Shown in pieces: positions 41,407 to 51,339 of a stretch of DNA of 64,000 nt. A model generated the notes under the pieces. That model had not been told where the DNA came from. It saw nothing but the letters and a program-made list of their open reading frames with translations, and did not search any database. Both the position numbers and the translations under genes were made by a program. Positions within the stretch are counted from its first letter, which is position 1; the number at the start of each line of letters is the position of its first letter. Origin of the DNA: Bacillota bacterium (lineage in GTDB: Bacteria > Bacillota > Sulfobacillia > Sulfobacillales > JAIMBI01); the NCBI GenBank assembly GCA_021820465.1, contig JAKADP010000006.1, forward strand, positions 425 through 64,424, given 5' to 3'.

Positions 41407-41897
41407 GTCATATTCCTCTCTCCCGTGGGATGCTGGCTATCCCACTCTATTCACCAGACTCCACGCGATCGCCAGGACGGCGGCCCGCTGCGGCACCTTC
41501 TTTCGACAAAATGCAAGGGGCTACCTGCCGCCACCAGAGGCGGAAGCCGTTTGGACCACGGGGGCGACACCCCTGCCGTTGGAGAGGGCTTCGGGAGAAG
41601 TCCGGTCACAGGGGCGGCCCAGGCGTCCCGCTGGCTGATCGGTCACACCAAAAAGATGCCACAAAATGCCATACCCACGGCGCCGGCCACAACTGCGACC
41701 ATGCTGACGCCTCTCTGAGGTGCGCGGGGCCACGAGTTTGCTGATTCGATTGACCTCCTCATTCTACCGGGCTCCCCACACACAGAGATAGGTGAAAGTT
41801 ACGGGCCGCCTCTCATTCGATTCCCAGAAGTTGGAGGGAGTGCTAGGGTGGCAGGGCAGGCCACGCAGACGATCCAGGGTCGTGGGGAGGGGAACGC

Positions 41898-42279
41898 GTG
41901 AGCGGCCTGGTCAAAGGGCTGGGACACGTCGCCCTGCCGCCCCACGATCTGGAGCGCGCGGTCGCGTTTTATCGCGAGGTGCTGGGGCTGCCGCTCATTT
42001 GGGCCAACGACTCCAGGGCATTCTTTCAGATTGGCGAGGTGCGGCTTATGGTAGAGGTCCCGGAGGCGCCCGAGTTCGACCAGCCCGGCTCGGGGCTTTA
42101 CCTCGACGTCCGTGACATCGACGAGGCGGTGGCCCGCCTCACGGACCGCGGTGCCCTTCCGAGATGGACCCCATCAGGTGGGGAACCTCGGTGACGTGGC
42201 TGTGTGGATGGCGTTTTTCATAGACCCGGACGGCAACCTGCCGGCGCTGCCATGCGCGCGGCCGGTCGCCGCGCGCTAG
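41898..42279 (+). pseudogene. glyoxalase/VOC-family gene with a frameshift
   Basis: The N-terminal frame reads GLGHVALPPHDLERAVAFYREVLGL... and stops at 42192. The consensus C-terminus VPFRDGPHQVGNLGDVAVWMAFFIDPDGN continues in the next frame from about 42151 to TAG 42277-42279. Confidence 0.7.
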
Positions 42280-42343
42280 CTTGCCGCCCCTGTGTGCCAC
42301 CGATAGCGAACGAGACGGATGGAGATGGACGATTGAGGTGTCA

Positions 42344-42808
42344 ATGCTGGCTGACGTGCGCTATCGCGCGGGCGTTGTCCTCGTGGAGGACGGCCGCGTC
42401 GCTTTGATTCGCCGCCAGCGCGCCGGCATGACCTACTTCGTGGTGCCGGGCGGCGGGGTGGAGTCCGGCGAGAGCCCGGACACCACCGCCGTGCGCGAAG
42501 CTTTCGAGGAACTTGGCGTGACGGTGGCGCTGGAGCGGGTCGTAGCGGAACTCTCGTTCAGCACCCCCACGGCTGAAAGCTGGCAGGTGTACTTTTGGGC
42601 GCGACGGATTGCGGGGCAGTTCGGGGCGGGGACCGGTCCCGAGCTCATGGGCCTGTACCCGGCGGAGAGGGGCACCTACCACGCAGAGTGGGTACCTCTG
42701 GACCGCCTCGGGGATTTGGATGTCCGGCCCCGCGCGCTGGCCCGCCAGCTCCAGAGCACCCCATCGTGCCCGCGCGATTTGGTACTCCGCGTGCACGAGA
42801 CCGACTGA
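42344..42808 (+). CDS. NUDIX hydrolase
   Basis: Complete Nudix box GGGVESGESPDTTAVREAFEELGV. 154 aa. Confidence 0.85.
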   Translation: MLADVRYRAGVVLVEDGRVALIRRQRAGMTYFVVPGGGVESGESPDTTAVREAFEELGVTVALERVVAELSFSTPTAESWQVYFWARRIAGQFGAGTGPELMGLYPAERGTYHAEWVPLDRLGDLDVRPRALARQLQSTPSCPRDLVLRVHETD

Positions 42809-42816
42809 TCGCGCCC

Positions 42817-42966
42817 TTAGTGTCCGTGGGTCAGCTGCCAGCGCAGAGGCGAAAACGTGTGCACCCCCTGCCGCCCCGCGCTCGTGCTGAGCTGGCACCG
42901 GTCGCCGTCCAGGTCGATCCCCGCCGCGCCGCGCAAGTGCCTGTCACGGGCGATGAGCGCATCCAT
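42817..42966 (-). CDS. possible 49-aa protein (below the ORF-track cutoff)
   Basis: The ATG..TAA ORF encodes MDALIARDRHLRGAAGIDLDGDRCQLSTSAGRQGVHTFSPLRWQLTHGH. Protein-like composition but a weak SD. Not recognised. Confidence 0.25.
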   Translation of the reverse strand: MDALIARDRHLRGAAGIDLDGDRCQLSTSAGRQGVHTFSPLRWQLTHGH

Positions 42967-43196
42967 CTGCCGCTAACCCTGCGATCGATGGCGGCAAGCT
43001 TGTGCAGGATCGGCTAGAGCCGCATACGCAAGGCGAGCTATCCACTCGTGCGGCCGTACAAAAGCTATGGGCGCAGCGGTCACGTGAGAGTCGCGCCCAC
43101 GGGGGGCAAGTCGCGTGGCCCTCAAATCACTGAGAGTGGGCGGTGGTGCCAGTTGCCGTTGAGCGGCCAGATGTCTAAAATTGATCCACAACGGTC

Positions 43197-43272
43197 GCGC
43201 CCGTAGCTCAGTGGATAGAGCAGAGGTTTCCTAAACCTCGTGTCGGCGGTTCGATTCCGTCCGGGCGCACCA
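43197..43272 (+). tRNA. tRNA-Arg (anticodon CCU), CCA encoded
   Basis: Cloverleaf folded by hand: acceptor GCGCCCG/CGGGCGC, D-arm GCUC-AGUGGAUA-GAGC, anticodon arm GAGGU-UUCCUAA-ACCUC, T-arm GGCGG-UUCGAUU-CCGUC, then ACCA. Confidence 0.9.
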
Positions 43273-43282
43273 GATAAGATTG

Positions 43283-43309
43283 AAGCCCCACTGGCTTAGG
43301 GGGGCTTTT
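43283..43309 (+). terminator. hairpin terminator after the tRNA-Arg
   Basis: AAGCCCC-loop-GGGGCTT followed by TTTA. Confidence 0.6.
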
Positions 43310-43453
43310 AGCTTGCCCCGCACGACGGCGCAGACAGCTGCGCCTCGTCGGATGCGCCATCACGAGAGAGGCCAAAGGTCTTTGGTGTTACCTTGGCGCG
43401 GTGCCGGACGGCATCGCGGGGAGTGCCCCGGCCATCAATAAGAGGCAAGGGGG

Positions 43454-43954
43454 TTGCCCGACGTGCGCGGCAACGTGGTAGTAAACCGACCAATGTCCGT
43501 TGACGGCTTTATTGCCGCCCCCGGTGACGGGATGGGCTGGATCTTCGATTTTGTGCGGCCGGACGCGTCCTGGCTGAAAGAAATTGCGGCGGACACTAGA
43601 GCCATGCGCCTTGGCCGCCGAACCGATGAGGTAGGCAGCCGAATGGAAGCAGCACAGGACCGCAGCACAGAAGCGAGGGGCGAAGGCTACGCTGGTTCCG
43701 GACCTGTTTTTGCCCTCACCCATAAGCCACCGAACCCGGCGAAATCCGGACGTGGCCTACCTCACCGGCGACATCGGGGATGCGGTCGCCACGGCCCTGC
43801 AGGCGGCAAGAACCTCCAGATCCTCGGCGCCGACGTGGCCGCCCAGTGCCTGGGGCGGGGACTCGTCGACGAAATTGTGGTATGTCTCCTGCCCGTGCTG
43901 CTCGGCGCCGCCATTCTGTTCTATTCCTCCCAGGACTCTCGCGAAAAGACTTAA
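43454..43954 (+). pseudogene. RibD-C/dihydrofolate-reductase-like family gene, frameshifted
   Basis: NRPMSVDGFIAAPGD and LGRRTDE lie in one frame, DVAYLTGDIGDAVATALQAA in a second frame, and NLQILGADVAAQCLGRGLVDEIVVCLLPVLLG back in the first. Confidence 0.55.
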
Positions 43955-44411
43955 AACCGCTCGACAGCACGCGGGTTGACGCTCTCACCAGCCTTTGCTT
44001 CCGGGTTCGCAAGGCGTCGCCGCCACTGCGGGTCGCGGTTCCCCGGTGTGCGCCTCGCGCTGGCGAAGCCGGAGGGGGTTCGGTGCCGGGTTTAGCACCG
44101 CAGTCAGGGAGGCGTGGCCCCTGGGACGCCGGACCACTTCTCGGGCACCCGAAAGTGGGTAGCGCATCGCGGAGGCGTTGAGCGCGCGGGCTACCGTTCG
44201 CCCTCCGGGCCATCCCCATAACCGGACCTTTCCGACGGGGCACAGCCTCGTTCGGTTTTCGACCGAGGTCACGCCAGATCTGGTAATTCGGGCTAAACTC
44301 CAGGATGTTGCGTTTGCAGAGATGAACTTTGGGACCGGCGCCCCGCTCTCTCGCGAGCAAGGGGGGAGGGCAACCGCTCCGATGCGGTGGTGGAGTCAGA
44401 GGAGGCGCACG

Positions 44412-45364
44412 ATGACGCTGGACGACAATGCGGTGCACCCCGATCTCCGGGCGGCGTGGCGGATGCTTGAGCCTTATGGCCTTGGCGATGTGGAGCAGAT
44501 GCGTTCGGAGATGTTCGGGGCGGACCCGGTGGAGCCAAACCCCCGGCTTGTCCTTGACGAGGCGATGGCGCCGGGGAGCCCCGGCAATCCCCCCGTGCGG
44601 GTGAAAACCTATTCCCCGCGCGGCCATACGGAGGACCGCCTTCCCGGCGTTCTGTGGATCCATGGTGGTGGCTACATCTTAGGGACGGCCGACGGCAATG
44701 ATGGCTTCTGCCAGGGCCTGTGCCGTGATCTTGGCGCCGTCGTCGTGTCCGTCGACTATCGCCTGGCGCCGGAACATCCGTATCCGGCCGCCCTGAAGAC
44801 TGCTACGCGGCGCTCGCGTGGCTTGCACGGGCAGCACCGACCCTTGGCGTGGATCCGGCGCGGGTCGCGGTGGCCGGTGCCAGCGCCGGGGGTGGCCTGT
44901 GCGCGGCACTAGCGATTCTGGCTCGCGATCGGCGTGGGCCGCGGATAGCGTTTCAGATGCCGCTCTACCCGATGATGGACGATAGGAACCAGCTGCCGTC
45001 CACGCATGAGATTCTAGATCCACGTACCTGGGACCGGAACAAAAACCGGATGGCGTGGCGCTACTATCTGGGCCGCGAGCCCGGGAGCGATGGCGTGGTG
45101 GCGTATGCAGCACCCGCGCGGGCCGACAACCTAGCGGGTCTCCCGCCGACCTACACCATGGTGGGCGGGATCGATCTGTTTCGAGATGAGACGACCCTGT
45201 TCGTGATGGCCCTCGCCCGCGCGGGGGTCCCGGTCGAGTTTCATCTCGTGCCCGGTGCCTTCCATGGGTTCGAACACGCCGTGCCGGACGCCCCGGTGAG
45301 CCGGCAGGCCCGGGCGCAGTACGTCGCCGCCCTGCGGAGGGGACTCACCGGCCAGTTCGCCTGA
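44412..45364 (+). pseudogene. alpha/beta-hydrolase (HSL-type esterase/lipase) gene with a 1-nt deletion
   Basis: HGGGY oxyanion motif and DYRLAPEHPYPAAL lie in frame 1. EDCYAALAWL...VAVAGASAGGGL (GxSxG) and the rest lie in the next frame. The junction is at about 44795, where CTGAAGAC stands in place of the expected CTGGAAGAC. Confidence 0.75.
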
Positions 45365-45956
45365 CCGCGGGCCGGGGGAGCCCGTGCGCCCTTGACGTCC
45401 AGCGGGGCGCAATGTGAGGGCGGATGCGACCACCCGTCCCGCCGTGCGCGCGGTCATGGGCGATGGGTGAACTGGCCGCGGTGGCCGGCCCGACGTTCAC
45501 CCCGGTGCGCCCGCGTTGTTCCCCGTCGAAAGCCATGACGAGAACCATCATCCGGACCGTGCCGGGGTCTACCGAGGCCGCAGACGTGCCCCGGCCGACC
45601 AGCACCGTGGTGGACGCGCGGCTTGGCGCTGTCCCTGGCGGAGGCGGGCACACCTCATGCCCGGCAGGAGGTGCCTTCACCGCCCGCGCAGCTGACAAGG
45701 ATCCATCGGGATGGCTCCGCGCGGCCTTGGCTGTCCACGCCAGCGGGGGAGTGGCCGGCCGGACCGCGCTGACTCGGTTCGTCGAGCACGCCCGTCTGGC
45801 CCGTGGTGCGGACAGCAAACTGCCCCATACGGTACAGTGGTGGATGGATGTGGTAGTGCCGCATTGCCAGGATCCTGTTTGAACGACATCAGTAATCAAA
45901 CAAGCGAGTGGAGTGACAGCAAGCCACGTTGGCCACGGCGAAAGGAGGTCGTTCCG

Positions 45957-46625
45957 ATGCGGGTCAAGGGGGGGCGCGGGCACAAGATATCCCATGCCGG
46001 GGTATGGGTAGCCAGTGCCTTGCTGGTTTTGGCTGCGCTGGTGTGGGTAGGCTCCCCCTTGATGCATCACCTAGGGCGCCTCAAGTCGGCTGTGGCGGCG
46101 CCTGTTGCCCCCGCTGTGTTCCATGGCGTGAATCAGGCAGCGCTGGCACGTTGCATCGCGCAGCACGAGAATTGCGTTGCCACGGTGCCCGGCTTGGCCC
46201 ACTGCATGCAGCACTACCGAATGTGCAACAAGGCCGGTGCTGCGACCGTTCAGTCGAAGAGTGCAAACCTGAGCCAGCCGGTGGCCGCCGGGGCATCCCT
46301 GGAGAGCAAGGCGCAGGTGGAGAAGGGATGGGCGCAGCAGGGAACCATCACGCAGGCGCTGCTAACCACGTATGGGGCCTTGCATCGGGTGCTGCCGAGC
46401 CTGGCCGCCAGCCGTATCATCAACCCGACCCGCCCCATCTGGGTGATCACGGTGCACTACAGTAGCCCCCAATTGTTTCAGGGATCGCTGCCTAGTGGGG
46501 CTGGCCCCGAATACGTCACGTGGGTCCGAGTTGCCATCGATGCGGCAAGCGGCGTGATGACCGACGAGTCAAGTTACGGTGCGACACCGCCACCCATCTC
46601 GCCCGCCATCGGCATCGGCGGATAA
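45957..46625 (+). CDS. hypothetical membrane-anchored/secreted protein
   Basis: AAAGGAGG lies 8 nt before ATG 45957. N-terminal anchor VWVASALLVLAALVWVG. 222 aa, no family recognised. Confidence 0.55.
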   Translation: MRVKGGRGHKISHAGVWVASALLVLAALVWVGSPLMHHLGRLKSAVAAPVAPAVFHGVNQAALARCIAQHENCVATVPGLAHCMQHYRMCNKAGAATVQSKSANLSQPVAAGASLESKAQVEKGWAQQGTITQALLTTYGALHRVLPSLAASRIINPTRPIWVITVHYSSPQLFQGSLPSGAGPEYVTWVRVAIDAASGVMTDESSYGATPPPISPAIGIGG

Positions 46626-47107
46626 ACGAAGGCTGTGACAGTCCAGTACCGTAGAAGGAGAGGGTTGCGGAAGCACTGGCAGTGGGAGAGCGTGCCAGGC
46701 TGCCGGAGGTGTTTCGCGTGGCGCCCGTCATCTGCGGCTAGCTGGCGCGCGCCGAGGCAACCCGCATCACCGTTGGGACCCACGCTGCGCTTGCGATGGG
46801 GTTCGACCGCGTAGACTCCGCATTGAAGCGGGTCGGTAGAGAGAAACGGCCATCTACTGCGTGCCGCGGCGTGCTATTCCTGACGATAAGTCGCCTAAGG
46901 AATACTTCACGAACAGCGGGAAGCTTAGACCATGGTGACACTGTACGGCCGTTATTCTGGATCCCAAGGAGGCCGGCTCCAAGTCTCTGGATCATGACGA
47001 CGTGGGGACATCTTGATACACTGCTGCGCAGGGGTAGACCATCTGTCGACTGGTCCGGCGAATCGCGGATTGCCCTCTGGCGTGTCTTGCTTGTTGGAGG
47101 TGTCCGG

Positions 47108-47704
47108 TTGCGGCCTAATATTTGGATTCTGGGCTCAGCCGTACTTGCGCTGGCGGCTTCCAGCTTGGCCTACCAAGGAGTCGGGGCCAGTGCTAGTTCT
47201 CCTGATGCCATGGGGGCGTTGGCTCAAATGTCCAAAGGGTGGCCCAAGGACAAGCTCGGCCTCATTCACCAGGAAGAGGCGTTGCAGGAGAAGGCGAGCC
47301 TACACCCCGCTCCCCATGTTGGTCGCGCAGCGGGGCTGGCCCAGGTGCCACCCTCCATCCCACCGCCCAAGCGGAAGGCGCAGATCTACAACATGCAGCA
47401 GGGCGCGTTGCCGGGGACCTTCTGGACCAATAACATGTGGCAGGGGCCGCTGAAGGGCAAGACCTGGGTGCTCCTCGATGCCGGGGAGATGGAGTATCCC
47501 ACGCCGTACGGTGCGGTGTATGTGACCCTAGAGACGCGGGCGCCGAACGGCCAGTTCACGCTGAAGACCCTGGGGGCATTTGCGGCGCCCGCCGGTTCAG
47601 GCTCGCTGAAGGTGGTCGGGTGGCAGGGGGATGTGGTCTCGCTCACCTCCGCCCACGGAGCCTCCCTGCAGTTCAATGTCGCCACCGACACCTTCTCGGG
47701 GTGA
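47108..47704 (+). CDS. hypothetical secreted protein
   Basis: GGAGGTG lies 5 nt before TTG 47108. Signal-peptide-like MRPNIWILGSAVLALAASSLAYQG. The ORF is open upstream to 46796, but no good start is present there. Confidence 0.5.
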   Translation: MRPNIWILGSAVLALAASSLAYQGVGASASSPDAMGALAQMSKGWPKDKLGLIHQEEALQEKASLHPAPHVGRAAGLAQVPPSIPPPKRKAQIYNMQQGALPGTFWTNNMWQGPLKGKTWVLLDAGEMEYPTPYGAVYVTLETRAPNGQFTLKTLGAFAAPAGSGSLKVVGWQGDVVSLTSAHGASLQFNVATDTFSG

Positions 47705-48020
47705 CGGCGTGACAGGGAACTCGCTGCAGAGTGGCAAGAAATTCGGTGGCGAGCGGGCGGAGCCGCTGGACTTGTCTAGCTCCACCGCGTGACGAGCATG
47801 GCATCTGTGCAGGCTTGACGTGAATAACCTGCGCCCGCGCGGTGCGGCACTTGCTCAGGTGCTTGGCAGCTGATTCGTCAAGCCAAGACGCACGATACAC
47901 CGCACAAATTCCTGGTGCCTGGCCGGCACGCGCGCATGATCCGTCCGGCCGCTGCGTTTCTGGATCTACCGGGTCCCATCGGATTTCGGGCACACGGTCT
48001 GCGACATCGTCGACTAGTGG

Positions 48021-48317
48021 ATGGATCGGGCGCTGTCGAGGGGATGGGTCGTGGGCCTGCTGAAGCGGAACGCCGCGTTTCGCTGGCTGTGGAGCGGCCC
48101 GTTTCTTTCGCAGCTCGGGAACGCTCTGTTTCTGATCATGGGATTGTGGGAGATCCAGTTGAAGTCTCCGGTTCTCTTGTCGTTGGCCGGGCTCGCGGCC
48201 GCTTTGCCATCCGTCTTGTCCGTCGTGGGGGGCGTGGTGGTCGCCACACCGCGAGGTCCGCCACGGCGAACTGCCTCAAACGCAACTGAACGACGGCACC
48301 GTGGCCACTCTAGCTAG
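48021..48317 (+). pseudogene. N-terminal fragment of an MFS transporter
   Basis: LLKRNAAFRWLWSGPFLSQLGNALFLIMGLWEIQLKSPVLLSLAGLAAALPSVL resembles TM1-TM2 of EntS/DUF894-type MFS proteins. The frame then degenerates and stops after 98 codons. Confidence 0.45.
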
Positions 48318-48353
48318 CAATCACCGGACGGGCAGGCCGTCAACTTACCACGA

Positions 48354-49592
48354 TCAAGGGGCGGCGAAAGCAACCGGTGTCCATTCGGACCCCCCGTCCG
48401 TCGTTTTTAGGAGCGCTCCGCTGGCACGTGCAGACTCGCCCAGGAGGAAGCCGGTCTGACGCCCCGTAAATGCCAGGCGGGTGCGCGCGACGAAAGACCC
48501 ACGGGCCTGTTGCACGAAAAACTGCGGCGTCGCCACCGTGATGGGAATGGTGCAGGTGCGCCACGTCCCCGAATTGTTGGTAAGCACCACCCATCGACTG
48601 GAGCGGCTGGCGGTCCACCCGGCCAAATACACCGTTGACGCTCCGACGGCCGCCATCGGGCCGGGCTGCAGCATTATCGTCGAAGATAATGCGGGGTGTA
48701 CCGAGGGATATCCGGTGGGCGCCCAGTATGCCTCATCAGTAATCGCGGCCCACCGGGTCCCCTCGTCGGTGCCGTGCCAAAGCACGAACCCCACCTGGCT
48801 CATCCCGCCGACGCCCCCGGACGCCAAAAACCATACGCTGTTCATCGAGTTCGCGGCCAGTTGGCTGGCCCAGCCGGATCCCACGACGGGGGCTGAAAAC
48901 ACCAGCCTCCACACTTGGCCGCCTGAAGACGTGCGCCACACCGTGGGGCCCACGGCAGCGTATCCCTCACTCGATGACAGCCAGACCATCGCGTTCACCG
49001 ACCCCAGGGCACCAGATGCGTTGTGCCAGGACCCCGTCGCCACATCCAACCCGTAAATGTGCCCGTCCATCCGCAGGTAGGCGGCTGTGGGACTGGACAC
49101 AACGAGCTGTTCCACGGATCCGGCGGCGGGCAGGGCCACAGATCGCATGACTTGTCCCGTGCCCCCGATGGCCAAGAGCGAGCGCCCGGTTGCAATCCAA
49201 ACGCTTCCGGCGCCCCACCCACCGACCGTGCTGATGTCCTTCGAGGCGTGGTACCAGGCGGCCCACGCGGTGCCACCGTCCGTCGTCCGATACAGGGTCG
49301 CCTGGGCGCTCAGATAGCCGGTCGTCGTCGTGGCCCAGTACATGCCCGTCGGCGGCGGCATCCGACTTGTCGGCTGCGCGGGTTGGCGAGGGTGATGCAC
49401 GATGGGTGAGGGCTTCTCCCTCATTGGCCGCGCTGGCACAGCGCGGGCGACGGGCGGCGGCGAGGGCGCGCTCCGACGGGCCGCGCTCACCCCGCTGCAT
49501 CCGCCGGCGCCAAGCAAGATGGCCAGCGTGGCGAACAGCACCGCTGCACGCCGCGGAGAGGTTGTCGTGTGGCTCGTTGTGCACGCTCCCAT
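48354..49592 (-). CDS. lipoprotein with BNR/Asp-box (Ycf48-like) beta-propeller repeats
   Basis: Lipobox LLGAGGC. Repeated S/T-x-D-x-G-x-x-W boxes (TTDGGTAW, SSGGQVW, TDEGTRW, TTDGGSEW). Confidence 0.7.
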   Translation of the reverse strand: MGACTTSHTTTSPRRAAVLFATLAILLGAGGCSGVSAARRSAPSPPPVARAVPARPMREKPSPIVHHPRQPAQPTSRMPPPTGMYWATTTTGYLSAQATLYRTTDGGTAWAAWYHASKDISTVGGWGAGSVWIATGRSLLAIGGTGQVMRSVALPAAGSVEQLVVSSPTAAYLRMDGHIYGLDVATGSWHNASGALGSVNAMVWLSSSEGYAAVGPTVWRTSSGGQVWRLVFSAPVVGSGWASQLAANSMNSVWFLASGGVGGMSQVGFVLWHGTDEGTRWAAITDEAYWAPTGYPSVHPALSSTIMLQPGPMAAVGASTVYLAGWTASRSSRWVVLTNNSGTWRTCTIPITVATPQFFVQQARGSFVARTRLAFTGRQTGFLLGESARASGALLKTTDGGSEWTPVAFAAP

Positions 49593-49811
49593 CCGCCACC
49601 CCAGGCTGGTCGGCTAGCCTTGGGGCCTGCTCTGGTCCCAAGGGCACGAAGCGCCTTCCTGTAGAGGCTGCCGCTGCAGCAGAAGGTCACCGCCGTCTGT
49701 CCCTTCAACGCTGGCGCTGGCATTCCAGTTGCGGCGGCACCCGGCGGCGACACGGATTGATCGGAACCGTTCAGACGACAAGGGTGGGGAGAGGGGCATG
49801 TGGCCAATTGC

Positions 49812-51038
49812 TCAAGAGATGGGTCGGAGCGGACAACCAGTGGACCTATCTTCTATTCTGTTGGTCCATGTCCGCCCGCCGTTGGCGGTCTGCCAGGCGG
49901 CGTAGGCAAAGGTGGTGCCCTGGCGGCGCGTCGCCAGCAGCGCGCCGTTGTTGCGCCCGGAAAAACTGATGGCGGCAAACGTCCAGCCCGGGGTGAGGCG
50001 CCACGTGACACGCCAATCACGCCCCCCGTCGGCGCTTGCCCACAGATTGCGCCCGATGGTGATCCACACCGACCCGGGTGCTGAAGCCGCCAGGCTTAGA
50101 CTTGAGCTCATCACGGCGGGGGCGGGGAGGGCGGCAGCTAATGCCCACGGCGTTTTCGATCCGCTGGCCGCGTATACCGCGATACCGGTGAATTGGGTTC
50201 CATCCACGGCAACCGGTAGGTAGCCTTGGCGCGCGGATGCCCAGACGGGGGGATACGAGGTCAACTGCGCAAGCCACCACGCCTGGGGGACGGCGGGGGA
50301 CACGGCGGTCCAGGTTTTGCCCCCGGGCGCGGCGCGGTACAGCCACACCGCCCCTTCTCCCGCCATGCTGCCCGTCAGCCAAAGGTCCTGCGCTGGGCTT
50401 GCGGCGAGACCTGTTTTGTCTCCATAGTACGGCAGGGATCCTGGCGGCTGGGAGGTAAGTCCGTGGCCGCTGCCAGCGACCAGATCCCAGGTACCTCCCG
50501 CATTGGGCGAATGCCACAGGGTCACCCCTTCACCGCCGGAGGCGCCGGCGCCAAACCCGAGCAGCCACCACTGGGACCCGTCGACGATGAAGTCTTGACG
50601 CCCGCCTAAGTCGGCGGGCAGTTTGGTGGGCACCCAGCGATGATTGTGACGCAGCCAAACCTGCGTGCAACCCATCACCAGGGGAGTCGATCCAGCCGCC
50701 TGGAGGGCGCCGGCCGCCGAACACGTGGCCGCACTGGGAACGGTGGATTCGGTCCGCCGCTGACCTTGGGCCATCGTCACCACAATGCCGTGGGGCGTCT
50801 TTACGGCAAGCCAGGACTCGGTCCCCATCTGCAAAACACTCAAGGCCTGACCCATTAGGGGGCGAGGCACCAACTGGTGGGGCGCGCCCGGATGTGCCAC
50901 GGGAGGGGATGGCGCTGCGTGACTGGTCGCCGCCGATGGTGCGCCGCAGCCCGCAGCCAACAGGAGAGTTAAAATCACCACCCCAATCCGTCGGATCGGC
51001 GGCCAGCCGAACTTGCCGACGAGATCGCCTAGCGCCAT
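49812..51038 (-). CDS. lipoprotein with BNR/Asp-box beta-propeller repeats, paralog
   Basis: Lipobox LLAAGC. Boxes SPNAGGTW, SADGGRDW, TANGGRTW. Confidence 0.7.
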   Translation of the reverse strand: MALGDLVGKFGWPPIRRIGVVILTLLLAAGCGAPSAATSHAAPSPPVAHPGAPHQLVPRPLMGQALSVLQMGTESWLAVKTPHGIVVTMAQGQRRTESTVPSAATCSAAGALQAAGSTPLVMGCTQVWLRHNHRWVPTKLPADLGGRQDFIVDGSQWWLLGFGAGASGGEGVTLWHSPNAGGTWDLVAGSGHGLTSQPPGSLPYYGDKTGLAASPAQDLWLTGSMAGEGAVWLYRAAPGGKTWTAVSPAVPQAWWLAQLTSYPPVWASARQGYLPVAVDGTQFTGIAVYAASGSKTPWALAAALPAPAVMSSSLSLAASAPGSVWITIGRNLWASADGGRDWRVTWRLTPGWTFAAISFSGRNNGALLATRRQGTTFAYAAWQTANGGRTWTNRIEDRSTGCPLRPIS

Positions 51039-51339
51039 CCATCGAGTCGGGATCTCGCCCCCCTCCCCTCAGTGCTGCGGTCCTAGTGTGTAAACGAGGT
51101 CGGGGCGATTGCGGTTCCAGGCGGCTTGAGCGGCGCCGCGCATTGCTTGTGTGGGCCGTGTTTGTTGCTTTGTGGGGCACGGCCCCCGAACCGAGCGACT
51201 CCTGCTTGGTGGCTGACTGAATATTTGCGACACCCCTGCCGGCCGCCGAGGGTCTGCGCTACACTCGGCGGGGGGAGGTGGGTCCACGGATACCAAGGAC
51301 AAGTATGCCGCCTATGTCTGCACCAGCTTTACGGCGGGC

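Noticed and set aside
45345-46070. 241-aa minus-strand ORF in the gap after the esterase pseudogene
   Set aside because: The translation is Pro/Gly/Arg/Thr-rich with no motifs, and it overlaps the well-supported start (SD + ATG 45957) of the plus-strand gene.
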